Shown here piece by piece: positions 51,919 to 64,000 of a DNA stretch of 64,000 bases (positions are counted from its first letter, which is position 1; each line of letters starts with the position of its first letter). The notes below the pieces were generated by a model, which did not search any database, was not told where the DNA came from, and was given only the letters and a program-made list of their open reading frames with translations. Source of the DNA: Eledone cirrhosa (lineage: Eukaryota); assembly GCA_964016885.1 (NCBI GenBank), contig OZ024750.1, forward strand, positions 8,680,001 through 8,744,000, in the 5' to 3' direction. A program made the translations under genes and the position numbers.

Positions 51919-53150
51919 AGAGTATACAGAGAATGCATTTGCTAAGAATAGACCACAAAGCAATTGTAAATGAATCTGATGAATATTAACGGCGGAAATA
52001 TAATACTTATAATAGGAAATTGCAAGAGAATTGTATAAATTAATTCACGATTCTATATCTTATTACATTAATCTATATAATCTAGTAATAACCATTGCAC
52101 CTACTGTTGTTATTGGGCCAGGCTGTTGGTTTCTATGTACAGGTTGCTTGCCTAAAGACAGACGGACATTTGTATTAATATTTTGACTATTATTTCTAAT
52201 GAATAACATCCGTTTATATGCCGTGGAAGTGCTTTTCTGGCTCCATTCCATTCCTTTGACACACACACACACACACACACACACGTGGCATTTGAGTGTA
52301 GGCAACAGACATGATATCATCAACTCAAACATATATTCACGTACACACACTAATACACCTCCATGCATACATGTTCATACATATGCACACGTGCACACAC
52401 TTACACACACACACATACAAACATTTAGAGTAATATGCACCAGAAATATATATACACATATATATATGAAAGAAGATTAGCAGTTTCACGAGAATACATT
52501 ATTAGCATTACATCGTGTAATGGCTCAGCTTTACGTTCACCAAGTCAAATGACTTCTTACTGCTTACATTTTAAGTCGTATATATGTCTACAAATCTTCG
52601 TCTGTCAAACGACTCTGCATTGACATCTTCCTGCTTGTTACATTCCATCGTTAAAATTTTCACATAGTACTATAATAATATAATCATATCTTATTTACTT
52701 CTGAACAAAATATTGTCTTTACACGTAACCAGAAGTAAAAAATAAATGGTGAAAAATGTAATTTTGATGATAAAAATGCTAGTAATTATTATTCAAGAAA
52801 ACAGCAGAATGGGCTGTGATTGGATCACAAAATTAAATACATTATACTATATGTTTCGAATTTTCTATTTCATTGCAATTGACTTTATTTTTCGTAATTT
52901 GTAGATTGATAGTAAGATTACACTGATTGATTATACAAGCGGCTTAAAATTTATCCTTGTATTTGCGTAAGAAATACATTATCGCCAATTAAGTCAGCCG
53001 CACTGTAAAGCGGAGCATAACATACCGATAATCCTTTTCTGCTACACAATTACGAAGTCATTTGGCAAAATATGTTAATACTCTCGAAGACGATTAAATC
53101 GCTACCTCAATCTTCATTCCATCCTTTCTCACAAATATACATTTTAATGC

Positions 53151-53186
<36 letters not shown>

Positions 53187-53216
53187 AAGATTTAGCCAGT
53201 ATTAAATTAGAACATT

Positions 53217-53364
53217 GGTCTGAGTTCAAATCCCGCCGAGGTTAACTTTGCCTTTCATCCTTACGGGGTCGATAAAATAAAGTACCAGTAACGTACTGGC
53301 GTCGATTTAATCGACTTTCCCCTTCCCCCAAATTACTGGCCTTGTGTCTATACTAGAAATAATT
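53217..53364 (+). mobile_element. 5'-truncated SINE family A (long variant)
   Basis: Consensus copy; attaaattag on both sides. Confidence 0.92.
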
Positions 53365-54169
53365 AAATTAGTTAGATCATTATTCAACAGTGTTCGATAC
53401 TGGAGATAGAAGAGTGTGATCATATTAGAAAAAGTCGGAGCTCGAGGGATGAGCTCTTGCCGTTTCCATAGCTAAGTTCAAACTGTTGACGAAACTACTT
53501 GCACTGAAATTGTGAAACTGCCATCTCATCAGAGGCGTGGCTTATGTAATTGACGTGTCGGTAAATTGATAAGCTGCCCATATAAGAAAAGTTTTAGAAT
53601 AAATTGTTTATATTTTTAATATATTTTCATATCGATATCACTGATAATGTTCTAATCTTAGTAATATACTTGGATGGCAGGTATCTCTGTCTTGTTTCGA
53701 CGCGAAGTGTTCCAGTTGCTGGATAAACGGAAGGCATGCTCTTGAGTTTAAAGTGTAACGGGCTGAACATTAGACAAACATGCGAGTCCTTAATGAGCTT
53801 CACATGATACAGTGTGTGACAATTTTCCTCATAAAGTAAATGTTTAAATGATTTATTATCAAACAATTCTTTTTAACAATTACGCCACAATTCAAAACAA
53901 AAATGAATAGACAGCAGTCTAACGTGCGTATAATCTTTTGTTCTTAGAATACAGACGTTTCTGAGATTTTGGCATAATAATGGACAGATGAATCTGGAGA
54001 AAAAGAAAGAATTCATAGGGATCAAAATTGTATATGAGTGGGGAAGGGCGGAAGAATAAATATAATCTTTGACAACTAAACATTTATCACTACAGAATAA
54101 CCTAATGAATATTCAATTATGGAGATGAAGCAATACTCGATACTCCCGTGCATACGGATTAGTTTGCAA

Positions 54170-54229
54170 TTTTCTCTCTCTCTCTCTCTCAAACACACGC
54201 AAGTGTATATATATATATATATATATATA

Positions 54230-54284
<55 letters not shown>
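54170..54284. repeat. CT/TA/TG microsatellite cluster
   Basis: Directly visible. Confidence 0.9.
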
Positions 54285-54287
<3 letters not shown>

Positions 54288-54537
54288 AAATTGAAGGAAT
54301 ACCTACTACTGGAATTGAAACAAGACCTGAAATATATACACCTCCCCCCCCCCCCTTGAAATTAAATTCCACACACATTTATTATTAGTAAAGATTAAAA
54401 GTTTAGGCAAATAATTTCTGCTCTCACCCTAAGTGGGCTCATCTGGAATTGAGAAATATCAATCAATCACGCGCGCGCGCCGCACACACGCATACATACA
54501 CACACACAGACACACACACGCACACACACACACACAT

Positions 54538-55148
54538 ATGGTGGCTGCCAACTCGTTTTCGAGTACGGCCACTACTTTATATCCATGTAGGAGAACCCCT
54601 ACCGATGTGCTGAACGAGTGTGACTTTTTAGTCCAGCCAGCGACTTGAAAACTCTGGTACAAACACTACGCTTGTGACAATTATTGACACATAGTGCTGG
54701 GCCCATGGTACCATGTGACGACAAGTAAAGGGAGATCTCCAGATATAAAGCAATGCCTGTGCCGTGAAGCTTTTATAGTGAGCAAAGGCACTGCACAAAG
54801 CCAGTCCCACACTCTTAACCAAGATGATATTTACCAAAAAGAAGAACAAGTCAACATCATTGGATACCATCAGGATTGCAGGTGTTATATCAGAGTTTTC
54901 CTTCTCCTAGAATTCTGCCTTGACAAAGGCTAAGGAGTCATCTCTCCCGGTGATTTTGGATGGCCATTGACTCTCAAGAGCTCCTTTGCCCTTTGACAGG
55001 TTTGTTTTTAATCCTGCAGGATGTCCAAAGTCACCCTCCTCACCAAGAAACCTTGGTGGGGTTGCCAGTTTAGTCGCCAACAACCCGACCATGAGACAGG
55101 TTGTACTGGGATACATGTTACCAGTAGCACCAACTGGTGACCTGACAT
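54538..55148 (-). mobile_element. Non-coding ~600-bp retroelement with putative 5' HDV-like ribozyme, copy 2
   Basis: Same boundaries as 23487-24086; flanked by CA and TA microsatellites. Confidence 0.8.
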
Positions 55149-55160
55149 GCATACATATAC

Positions 55161-55204
<44 letters not shown>

Positions 55205-55448
55205 GTGGGTGTGTGTCTGCTTGAATTACAAGATGCTATATATTTCAGGTCTTCTTTCAATTCCAATCACTAATTATGTTATAAACATCATGTTAATGTA
55301 TTTATATTATATATATATATATACAAAGTAATAAGATACAGATACATAATATATGGCTGAATTTATATATATATACCTAGTAGTAGTAGTAGTACGACAT
55401 ATTAAATATTTACATTAACTACATCTGTGTCTACGGATTGATATATCT

Positions 55449-55512
55449 CAATTTCAGAAGATCCCGCTTTAGGGTGAAAGCAGAGATTGGTTGCTTAAAC
55501 GTCTAATCTGTG
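55449..55512 (+). mobile_element. Hammerhead-like repeat, CAGAAGA family (copy B)
   Basis: ttt-CAGAAGA-tccc gcttta gggt-GAAA-gca gagattggt tgc-TT-aaac. Confidence 0.6.
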
Positions 55513-55724
55513 CTGATATATAGATATATATATATATATATCAGCACAGATTTACACAAATCCAGCCTCCTGTCATTTCATTATAATATTTAACTCCGTA
55601 ATAGCACCACCAACTACAAAAACAAAGACGGTTGAACTGCTTTACGTTGAGTACTCTCTATATTATTACATTGCGATTGACCATACGGAATTGACCAGCT
55701 CTATCCAGTGGTGAACCTCAAACC

Positions 55725-55769
<45 letters not shown>

Positions 55770-56427
55770 TATGTACCTGTAAGTTATCATGTCCATAATT
55801 GGATTACATTCTTACTTACACTGCAAACATCGTTTATATACAGAAAATTATAGGTTTAATAAGTGAAATTTTAAACATCTTTCATTGAAGAAGTATTAAA
55901 ATGGATATGAAATTTAAAAAAAAAACCTTTGCATTAAATATTTTTTTCTTCTTAACTATATGTAGGCTATTGGAATGTATTGCATTAATCTGAGTATGGT
56001 TAACAATTCATAAAATTAGCTTACAAGTTTTATTCTGCATGGCTACAGGTGCATCTGTGAGTTTACTCTTTTGCAGGGATTCAATTAAAGATTCTTGCCT
56101 ACTTAAAATTAGTTTCATTTTAAATCAATTCTTACTTGTATTTTAATTACGTGATCTTTATATGTATTATTCTGTAAAGGTTAGTTTACTTTCGATTTTC
56201 TTTTATTTCATTGTTTTTGTCGCGACTTTCCAGAGCTTAAAGTGGGAAAACAATTAATGGGATTGACATCTTGAATTTAAGAAATTTAGTAAATGAGAGA
56301 GGCACCTAGATTTCTAGACTTTTGAGGATAACTAACCGCTTCATTTGTGCAGTTTTCACCAACATTAATTACATTGAAGAATGGAAATAATATTAACTGG
56401 AGGTTTAAACCTCAGATCCCGGAACTA

Positions 56428-56525
56428 ATAATGGTTTCTGATTTAGGCACAAAGCCAACAATTTTTTGAGGAGGAGAAAGTCGATTAGATCAACCCCAGT
56501 GCATTACTGGTACTTCATTTTATTG
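56428..56525 (-). mobile_element. SINE family A 3' half (long variant)
   Basis: ggtttctgatttaggcaca..gtcgattagatcaaccccagtgcattactggtact. Confidence 0.85.
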
Positions 56526-56687
56526 ATGTAAGAAAACGATAATGTCAACTGATTTAGCAATATGTTATTATAGTTAATTATTTGATCACTTATGAAGTGG
56601 GTATATGAAAGGTAATCACAAAATCAACTCCGCCCACTCACTGTCAGATCTACTGGGGAGATTCTATGCCATTATATGTAGTTCAAA

Positions 56688-56825
56688 GGGGGAGGTGGAT
56701 TGGCAGTATCAATTGAGGGTCGTATGCTATGCTTTGACGCATATAGTTACGGCCCTTGCCATACTGAGTTCAAATCCCGCCGAGGTTAACTTTGCCTTTC
56801 ATCCTTACGGGGTCGATAAAATAAA
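56688..56825 (+). mobile_element. SINE family A, 3'-truncated
   Basis: Head through gtcgataaaataaa. Confidence 0.88.
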
Positions 56826-57928
56826 ATATTTTAGAGCTAAATTATACAAATACATTTTTAGTACATATATTTGCTTCATCTACTGGAAATATACAGAAAA
56901 TATTAATATTTGATCTAAAGCGTTCTACAAGTAAAAATGATTGAATAACCTTTGCTTTAGATAATACAAGTAATTCTAAGCAATATGGACACACCTTATA
57001 ACTGTCCACGATATACCTGTCCACGAAAAGGATACTGATTAATCATTGACCACATTTATTATTTAACCAAATATAATCCTTAAACCAGGGAAAATATTCC
57101 AGCATTCAAAAGCCTGTCTTCTTGGTCTGATATAATCTTATCTGTGCTTCCATTGTGTTGAAGGTGGTGTGAAAGAAATGTAACTCTTGCTGGCATGCAA
57201 GTTTGAGATTGAAATCATTAAGAAAATGAAGCCAAGGAATTTAACAGACAAGAAAATAACAACGAGGAAAAACTGCTCCGTGCAGGATTTCTTATTTCTC
57301 TATTAGGTAGTGTTCCATCTGTATTATGGTATTGTGTGACATATAATCAAGCTTTTCAACAAATAAACAACATCTGCAGTGGGAATACATATAACAGCAA
57401 CACCATTAACAGAACTACATACCAATTGATATTCATAATAAATCCTCCAAGGGTTGTAGCAAGAACATAAGAATTTCCATTAGCAATATCATATTATGAT
57501 ACGAAACTGATTTGTAATAGAGATGAAATATATTCACTATATATTATACGTCTTACTAACATGATCTTTTGGCGGCATTATGTTTTGAAAGAAACAATCG
57601 ATTTTGTGTTTTGATTTTATCAGGTTCAGAGCAGAAAAGATAAATTATATGGAGAAAATTCACTATTTGAAATAAAATATCATACTTTCCTGACATTCAA
57701 ACGAAGAGAGTAAAGACGTTGATGTCTAGTCAATGTGTTGAAACAGATATCAGTAGTTTTGCTGGGTGTTATTAAATTTGTTATACGCAGTTTAGCAGGA
57801 GTCCATTTACAAGATAAGCCGATGGATTGTGTGCTCATACAGAGATACGTATGCATATAGATAAATATCTATAATACAGCTAACTTCTATACCTGTATAT
57901 ACAGTCGCTAACCTTCACAAAATGCAGG

Positions 57929-57931
<3 letters not shown>

Positions 57932-57983
<52 letters not shown>

Positions 57984-58010
57984 AATAAAGTGTGCGTGTG
58001 TGTTTGTATA
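57932..58010. repeat. (TG)n microsatellite
   Basis: Directly visible. Confidence 0.92.
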
Positions 58011-58030
58011 TATATATTAATATATGTTTA

Positions 58031-58146
58031 ACTTTATTTCACGTTGCTCCTTCTACCTGGAGTTGCGACCGATAGATAGTATTAGAAATTGGAAAGACCA
58101 ATGGAAATATTGTTTCCTCGGTCCGATTTGACTAAAGTCGATCGAC
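58031..58146 (+). mobile_element. 5'-truncated SINE family B, tail type 1
   Basis: Matches 16758-16872. Confidence 0.88.
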
Positions 58147-58586
58147 TATATATATATATGTGTGTAACTTTATACTGTTGCTATATTCAGGATTCGTATG
58201 CATATATACAAGACTATACTTGCGCCTTTTCAAAATAATGGATTAAAATAATATTTTGTTGTTTCTCTACCGAAGAATGAACATTATTAATCACTTCCTA
58301 TTATATAGTGTTATACACAAAAAAGCCAACTGCTGTCCATTAATCATTGACTTCGCTTGTTTTATTCATTCTAATATTAATCGTGTTTTGAGTAGTTTGT
58401 TAACCATGTCCTAATGTATCAAGATATACAGAAAAAAAGAACTTCCATACATGGACAAGAAGATTAGAAGCTCCATATTTAACTAGTGTTGCGTGAAGAG
58501 TATACGATATATAGGAAGATAGTATTGGCCTTCGTGGTCTCTATATATTTCTGAAAAGTAATTATTGCATTAGGATATTACTACGG

Positions 58587-58637
58587 AAGAAATTTGGTAA
58601 TTTTCTCAGAAGAAATTTGGTAATTTTCTCAGAAGAA
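58587..58637. repeat. 23-bp perfect tandem duplication
   Basis: gaagaaatttggtaattttctca occurs twice. Confidence 0.9.
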
Positions 58638-58742
58638 CAAATGGAACTGTATATTATATACAGCCGACCAGAGTTGAAATGGCAACTAAAGTTTACATTG
58701 TTTCGATGATAACTTTTAATTTAAGTAGGGTTTAAATGATTA

Positions 58743-58940
58743 GTGGATTGACAGTATCAGTAGAGCATCAGACAGCATGCTTTGTGACATTGAGTTACGG
58801 CCCTTTACGTTCTGAGTTAAAATCTCGCCGAGGTTATCTTTGCCTTTCACCCTTACGGGGTTGATAGAATAAAGCACCAGTAATGAACTGAGGTCGATTT
58901 GGTCGACTCTCCCCACCAACGGTGTCTAAATTAGAAAGCA
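58743..58940 (+). mobile_element. SINE family A (long, diverged)
   Basis: Head, central domain and ggtcgatttggtcgac hairpin. Confidence 0.85.
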
Positions 58941-58994
58941 ATATATGTATGGCGAGTTCTCCATTTTTATTATATGTAACATTGTTTATAACAT

Positions 58995-59340
58995 CCTTGC
59001 ATATGATATCCTATCCAGATGATGCCTCCCTTTACTTGAACTTTCATACATAAAGCCATAACCGGCATCCATATCCAAACTAGCCGCTACACTACCAAAC
59101 TCTCTTGCTGCGTCCATGAACAGAGAGCTGAGACCTCGAAACCATCTCGTAATGGTGATCTTAATATTCTTTAGTTTCAATAATGCACATATATAATCAC
59201 TACCTATCTTGCACACAATAGTGCCCTCCACTCTGCTTAAATTGAACAACATGTGACTAGATGCTGAAGGTCAAATGACGACCTCTCAACAATGAACGCT
59301 TCATAGGATCTTACTACCACCTCGCCAATCTACTTCAAGA
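58995..59340 (+). pseudogene. Decayed CR1/L2-group RT fragment
   Basis: ISYPDDASLY (YADD motif), LAASMNRE, DLETIS*W across frameshifts. Confidence 0.5.
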
Positions 59341-60410
59341 TCAGATAATGCTTTTGACTAGAACTATATCAAATACTTGAAAGGCCTACATAGATAATTA
59401 TAATGTCTAGATAAAGCAAATATAACTAACTTCAGTAGTTAATTGTTTGGAGCTAGAGAGGGATAAAGGTGAGAACTTGCTAGATTTTCTGTTGCGGTTA
59501 ATCAATCCTGATTAACCACAACTATAATCAAATATTTTCTAATCATGCATTATCTTAGCTGTTTATTCAGATATAGTACACTAGGATTAGAATACCTAAC
59601 ATATCATTTCCAATTTTAGCCTATTGTATGGTATCTGAGAGAGGTCAATCAGCAATTTCTAGCAGATTGCAGAATTCGTTTGCTAGAGTAATTGCTAAGA
59701 AAGTTCCTAAATAGAGAATTAATTATATATTTCATATAATTAAATCACCTGACACACTCACCATGAAATACTTCAATATCAGCAAAAATGCAAGCCAAAT
59801 ACATAAGTAAATTTTGGACAAACCGGTTGTTAAGTTTTAGAAAAAGTTGGTTTGTAAAGATTTGTTAGAAAACAATGTAACTATTAATAACAAGTCACAT
59901 CTAATATTTACTATAGAAAAAGTCATATCTAAGTGCTATATATCATTATATTAAAAACATCTTAATTAAATACATTCCGTGTAAGGCTGGAAGATATCGT
60001 ATAATGTAAAATATTAATCATGAAATAAAATATAATTTTTTTAACGAAAGAGCAGAGGATGCCAAGAAAGAATACCGATCAAAAGATTGTTGATTTTCTC
60101 TAAAATAGAGATATATCTGGACTTGTAGTAAGAACTGGGGTCGCAGATTACTTTAAATAAGCGGAAATAATAAATTATTGAAAAATATTGTGCTGATGAT
60201 GTGTTGGAAATCCGTCAACTTCAACGACGTGTATTCCCTTTGTTTCAACAACGGGACTTCCTGCTCAGGAAATTAACGCGCGGGAATACTCTTCTTACAG
60301 GTACATTATTAAAGATAGTATTCAGAGAAATTCAGTGTGATAGAATCAAAGGCATTGTGTCCTCTTGTGATCATAAATGTGTGTGTATATATGTTATATA
60401 TATATATTTG

Positions 60411-60450
<40 letters not shown>

Positions 60451-60545
60451 TACACACACTCATATATATATATATGTATAAAGATTAGGGTTTTATAAAA
60501 AAAAAACCAGATGTCCCACACGGGTGAAAGTATAGGGAAAAGAAA

Positions 60546-60777
60546 TTGAAAATGCAACTGGACTCTTTTAAGAGTATTTATGTATTTACTTTACCGGTTT
60601 CGCAGTTCTTACGATTTTCAAAAGTAAAATTGAGATGGACGATTTGTGATCCTGATGCGAGACAAAACACAATAGAAACACAAACCCTCCATCTCAATTT
60701 TACTTTTGAAAAACATAAGAACTGTGAAACCGGTAAAGTGAATAAATATTCTTAAAAGACACCAGTTGCATTTTCAA
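60546..60777. mobile_element. Foldback/MITE-like element with ~100-bp imperfect arms
   Basis: 60546-60648 is approximately the reverse complement of 60678-60777. Confidence 0.8.
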
Positions 60778-61046
60778 ATGAGTTAATTACTTTCTCTTGC
60801 GTATTTCTATTCGGTTTTATTTTTCAGTTATTTATTCTTACATAATGCTATCATCTTTGTCGAAGTTATTCTTGAATTTCGGTTGATAATCGCATAAGAG
60901 TTGCGAATTTCGAGGTTTTTACTGATTTCACTTTCCTCGGTGTTATGATGTAATATCCTTGAGAGGGAAATTGGCTCACAACATTATGTTGCGTTCGGCG
61001 TTTCCATTTTTCGCCTGTATCAATAATATTGTCGTTCCTATGTGTA

Positions 61047-61193
61047 TTGCCGAGGTCCTCTCTGCATTTCATCCATTCAAGGTCGATAAAAAGTACTAGT
61101 CTAATACTGGGGGTTAATTCTTCCTCAGCAATTCCATCTCACTCCCATTCTCTCACTCACTCACTCACACACACATATTCTCTCTCTCTCTCG

Positions 61194-61230
<37 letters not shown>

Positions 61231-61385
61231 CCTCTTTCTTTCTTTCTTTCTCTCCTTCTCTGGAGGAAATCTGCTGTATTCAGACCTGAAGAAACGGACT
61301 CTCCCAGGTTTAAAAAGAGATACCCTAGAAACACCGTGTCAATACGGCGTCCCTAGGACTCCCTCAGGAGTTGCGGGGCTCAGAG
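61047..61385 (+). mobile_element. Composite SINE (A-like domain + expanded CT tract + distinct tail)
   Basis: Reverse-orientation homolog of 47205-47552. Confidence 0.75.
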
Positions 61386-61751
61386 AGGAGTGTATTCCAG
61401 TATGCTGGTTTCCTTAAATTTAATGATTTATTCCATATACATGTCGTACTACATTTGAATCATATTCTGTAAGTTAGAATATTCCGTTTGCCCTCTATCT
61501 CTGTAGTAGCTTCAGAAAGAATGTTTTAATGTTAACTATCTTGAAAAATGATGAAAAATGCTCCAATATAGAGATTATCTAAATTTTACAGTGTAAGTCT
61601 TAGCTTATTATATATTAATTTCCCTCAATCATGTATTGTCAGAGATTTCATAAAATATATAATATATACAAGATGATATATACAATGTCAGAAAAAAACC
61701 TCACTAAATATCAAAACACTTTTCATGATTGACAAGTTGAGTCAGATTTAA

Positions 61752-61812
61752 AATGCCCTAGAAACGCCGTATGTCAATATGGCGCCCTTACGACTCCCCT
61801 TGGGAGTACGGG
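61752..61812 (+). mobile_element. Isolated 3' tail of the composite SINE
   Basis: atgccctagaaacgccgtatgtcaatatggcgccc..gactccc. Confidence 0.65.
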
Positions 61813-62899
61813 TTTATACATACATAGGTAAAGATAGAGGCCAAACGCGTTACTAATATACAAGCTATAAAAGGCTCTGTATTTTAAAAAATATATATGG
61901 AATATCACCAGTCATTATAGAAAAATACCAAAAAATGTATACATATTTCAACAACATTGTAATAAATATTGCCTTACACGTATACAGGTAATCAAAGTGT
62001 ATATACATTTTGGGGGACACCTACATCTATCTACTCCATACACACACTCGTATATATATACACATTCATATATATCTGATGAAGTGTTTAAGTATGAGGC
62101 TCCTAGATTCGTTTTTATGGATCGTTTTTCTTCATATTTTGAACATTCAAATTGCTGTGGTTTGTGTCAATTTACTATAGATAAAAATATTGCGTCAACC
62201 AAATGAAATAAACTTAAATAACTTCGGATTGAAAGAAAAGTATGTTTTAGACTTACTAACTTGAACCATAATTAGCTTTTGACTGATAGTGCATTTCTTT
62301 GCAATTTCTGAAACAACCACTGTGACATTTTCCAGAGCTATATTGTCCACAATATAACATTTCCATAATTGAACAGTGTCGAAATTACATTTAATGAATA
62401 GGAATAACTCACGTACAGTAAAGAGACATCTTATCAACAAACTACGGTGTTTCTACCGTCATGTAGTCACGGTTGTGCAAAGATTACAAATGCGACATAA
62501 TGAAATAACAAGACATTATCTTGCAAAGGGAAGCGGCAATGTCGAAAGAGACCGAACTAACATTTCAAATAAGAAAGATAAAGGCAAAATTAAGTTATAA
62601 GAACGTGTGGAAGGAGTAAAGGACAGGTCTGGCTGTATGGGAAAGTAGAGGAAAGGAGGTAAATCAAGGACTCTAGAGCCACAGAATAAAAGGATAGGGA
62701 AGGGTAATGGCCAAGGGTGCGGTGGTGTTGGGGCTGCGCAAATTAAACAAGATTTTTTTTTCAGACGACTTTCAAAATATCAAACAATTGACATAGACTT
62801 TGTGGGAAATAGAGGTGAGAAATGATCTAAATATGATGCATTTATTTGGTTAAATGAGAGATTTTAGGAACTATCAGAGAAACCATCCGTTCAGTTTAT

Positions 62900-63540
62900 G
62901 TTGAGGTTATTTTCTAAGTATTAAGAAGTTTCGACTTCATTTTGTGGGTGTCAAATTTAAATCTAATATTAGGAATTATTGATTTCTCCTAATAGCATAA
63001 TGACGAAAACGATTATCTAGTTCTCGAAGTAAATATAGTTCGTATGAATAATTTATTATCAATAAATCCTCAATATACACGGAAACAAGGTTGAATCATG
63101 TAGTTACTACAACAATAAACAACTGAACTGTTTTAGTATCATTCCACCACCAATTTATATTCGAACAAATTGAAAAGGTTCAAAAGGTGGAGTAATTGCA
63201 GTTTTATAAATGTAACTTCGTTCATTGGGTATTTGGTTGTAACCTCGAATAAGATCAATGTTTGAACTAAATTGGCTCCGGTTAATAAGGCAGAAAATTA
63301 TGTATGTGTGGAATAGGATGCTTGTCTAGAATAATATAAGGATTTCGCATACGATAATCGCTACGAAGACTCCAGTCGCCAAAATTTCTCGTAGAAATTA
63401 TGTGAAGAAGAGAAGATAAATTATTAGATGATGGACGAATTATACCTACATCCAAATAATTGTTGAACTCTTGTTTCGTTATGTTCAAACGTTCAGCAGC
63501 TAATGTACAGAGCTTAGAAAAATACAAGTCAACCATGCGG
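62900..63540 (-). mobile_element. Decayed Ty3/Gypsy LTR-retrotransposon RT relic
   Basis: GIIRPSS..SSLLH..DW..RSDYR..HPIPHI; then IDLIRGYNQIP, KTAITPPF and VSVYIEDLLI across frameshifts. Confidence 0.8.
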
Positions 63541-64000
63541 AATAGTTTAATGAATTACATTATGATACAAGTGTTGTTGTATAAGAATTACTTTAACTAT
63601 CTATACATAACCGAAGCAAAGCTCAGAATTTAACTTAACTTATCGTAATATGTCTGGCAAATATTCCTCGAATGAATGTCTTGAACATCTTATATAATTA
63701 CGCGACTATGGTGTTTTTAATGAAATCTCACAAAAAAGAAAAGTTGTGTTTTTCTTTAAATACCATCTAGCAATTCCAGTCGATAATATTCCTTAGGATT
63801 GTAAGAATAAAATAGTTTGTAGTTGACAAATCCATTAAGATTATCTAAAAGAAATAAGTCTCCGTAATGGAAACCGCTGAAATACTGGTGGTACTAAAAA
63901 TAACTTTCAGCTTATAAGGACTCTGTTCTGTGTAAATTCTAAGATAGTAAGTTGTATTAAAGGTAAATGTAAATGATTAATTACTTTACTATTTATAGAT

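Noticed and set aside
60190-60300. CTGATGA..GAAA hammerhead
   Set aside because: No stem II or stem I pairing.

Overview
AT-rich eukaryotic (animal) intergenic or intronic DNA saturated with microsatellites and mobile-element debris. The repeat landscape looks like an octopod cephalopod; this is inference from the SINE types and the extreme (TA)n/(CA)n/(CT)n load. I found no intact host protein-coding gene, and nearly all track ORFs are microsatellite or repeat artefacts. Supported content: about 30 copies of one tRNA-derived SINE family (long and short variants, many with TSDs), a second tRNA-derived CORE-like SINE group, three RTE-type LINE fragments, two CRE-clade RLE fragments, a Vingi/Ingi 3' end, decayed CR1/L2-like, L1/Tx1-like and Ty3/Gypsy RT relics, two internally deleted mariner elements and several MITE-like or foldback palindromes. 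The best leads are: (1) a ~600 bp non-coding, microsatellite-embedded retroelement family (3 copies) with an HDV-like ribozyme fold at its 5' boundary; (2) an RTE-type LINE with a twin-priming-like 5' inversion and a 15-bp TSD; (3) two families of Penelope-type hammerhead-like motifs, one with a non-canonical CAGAAGA core in all three copies.
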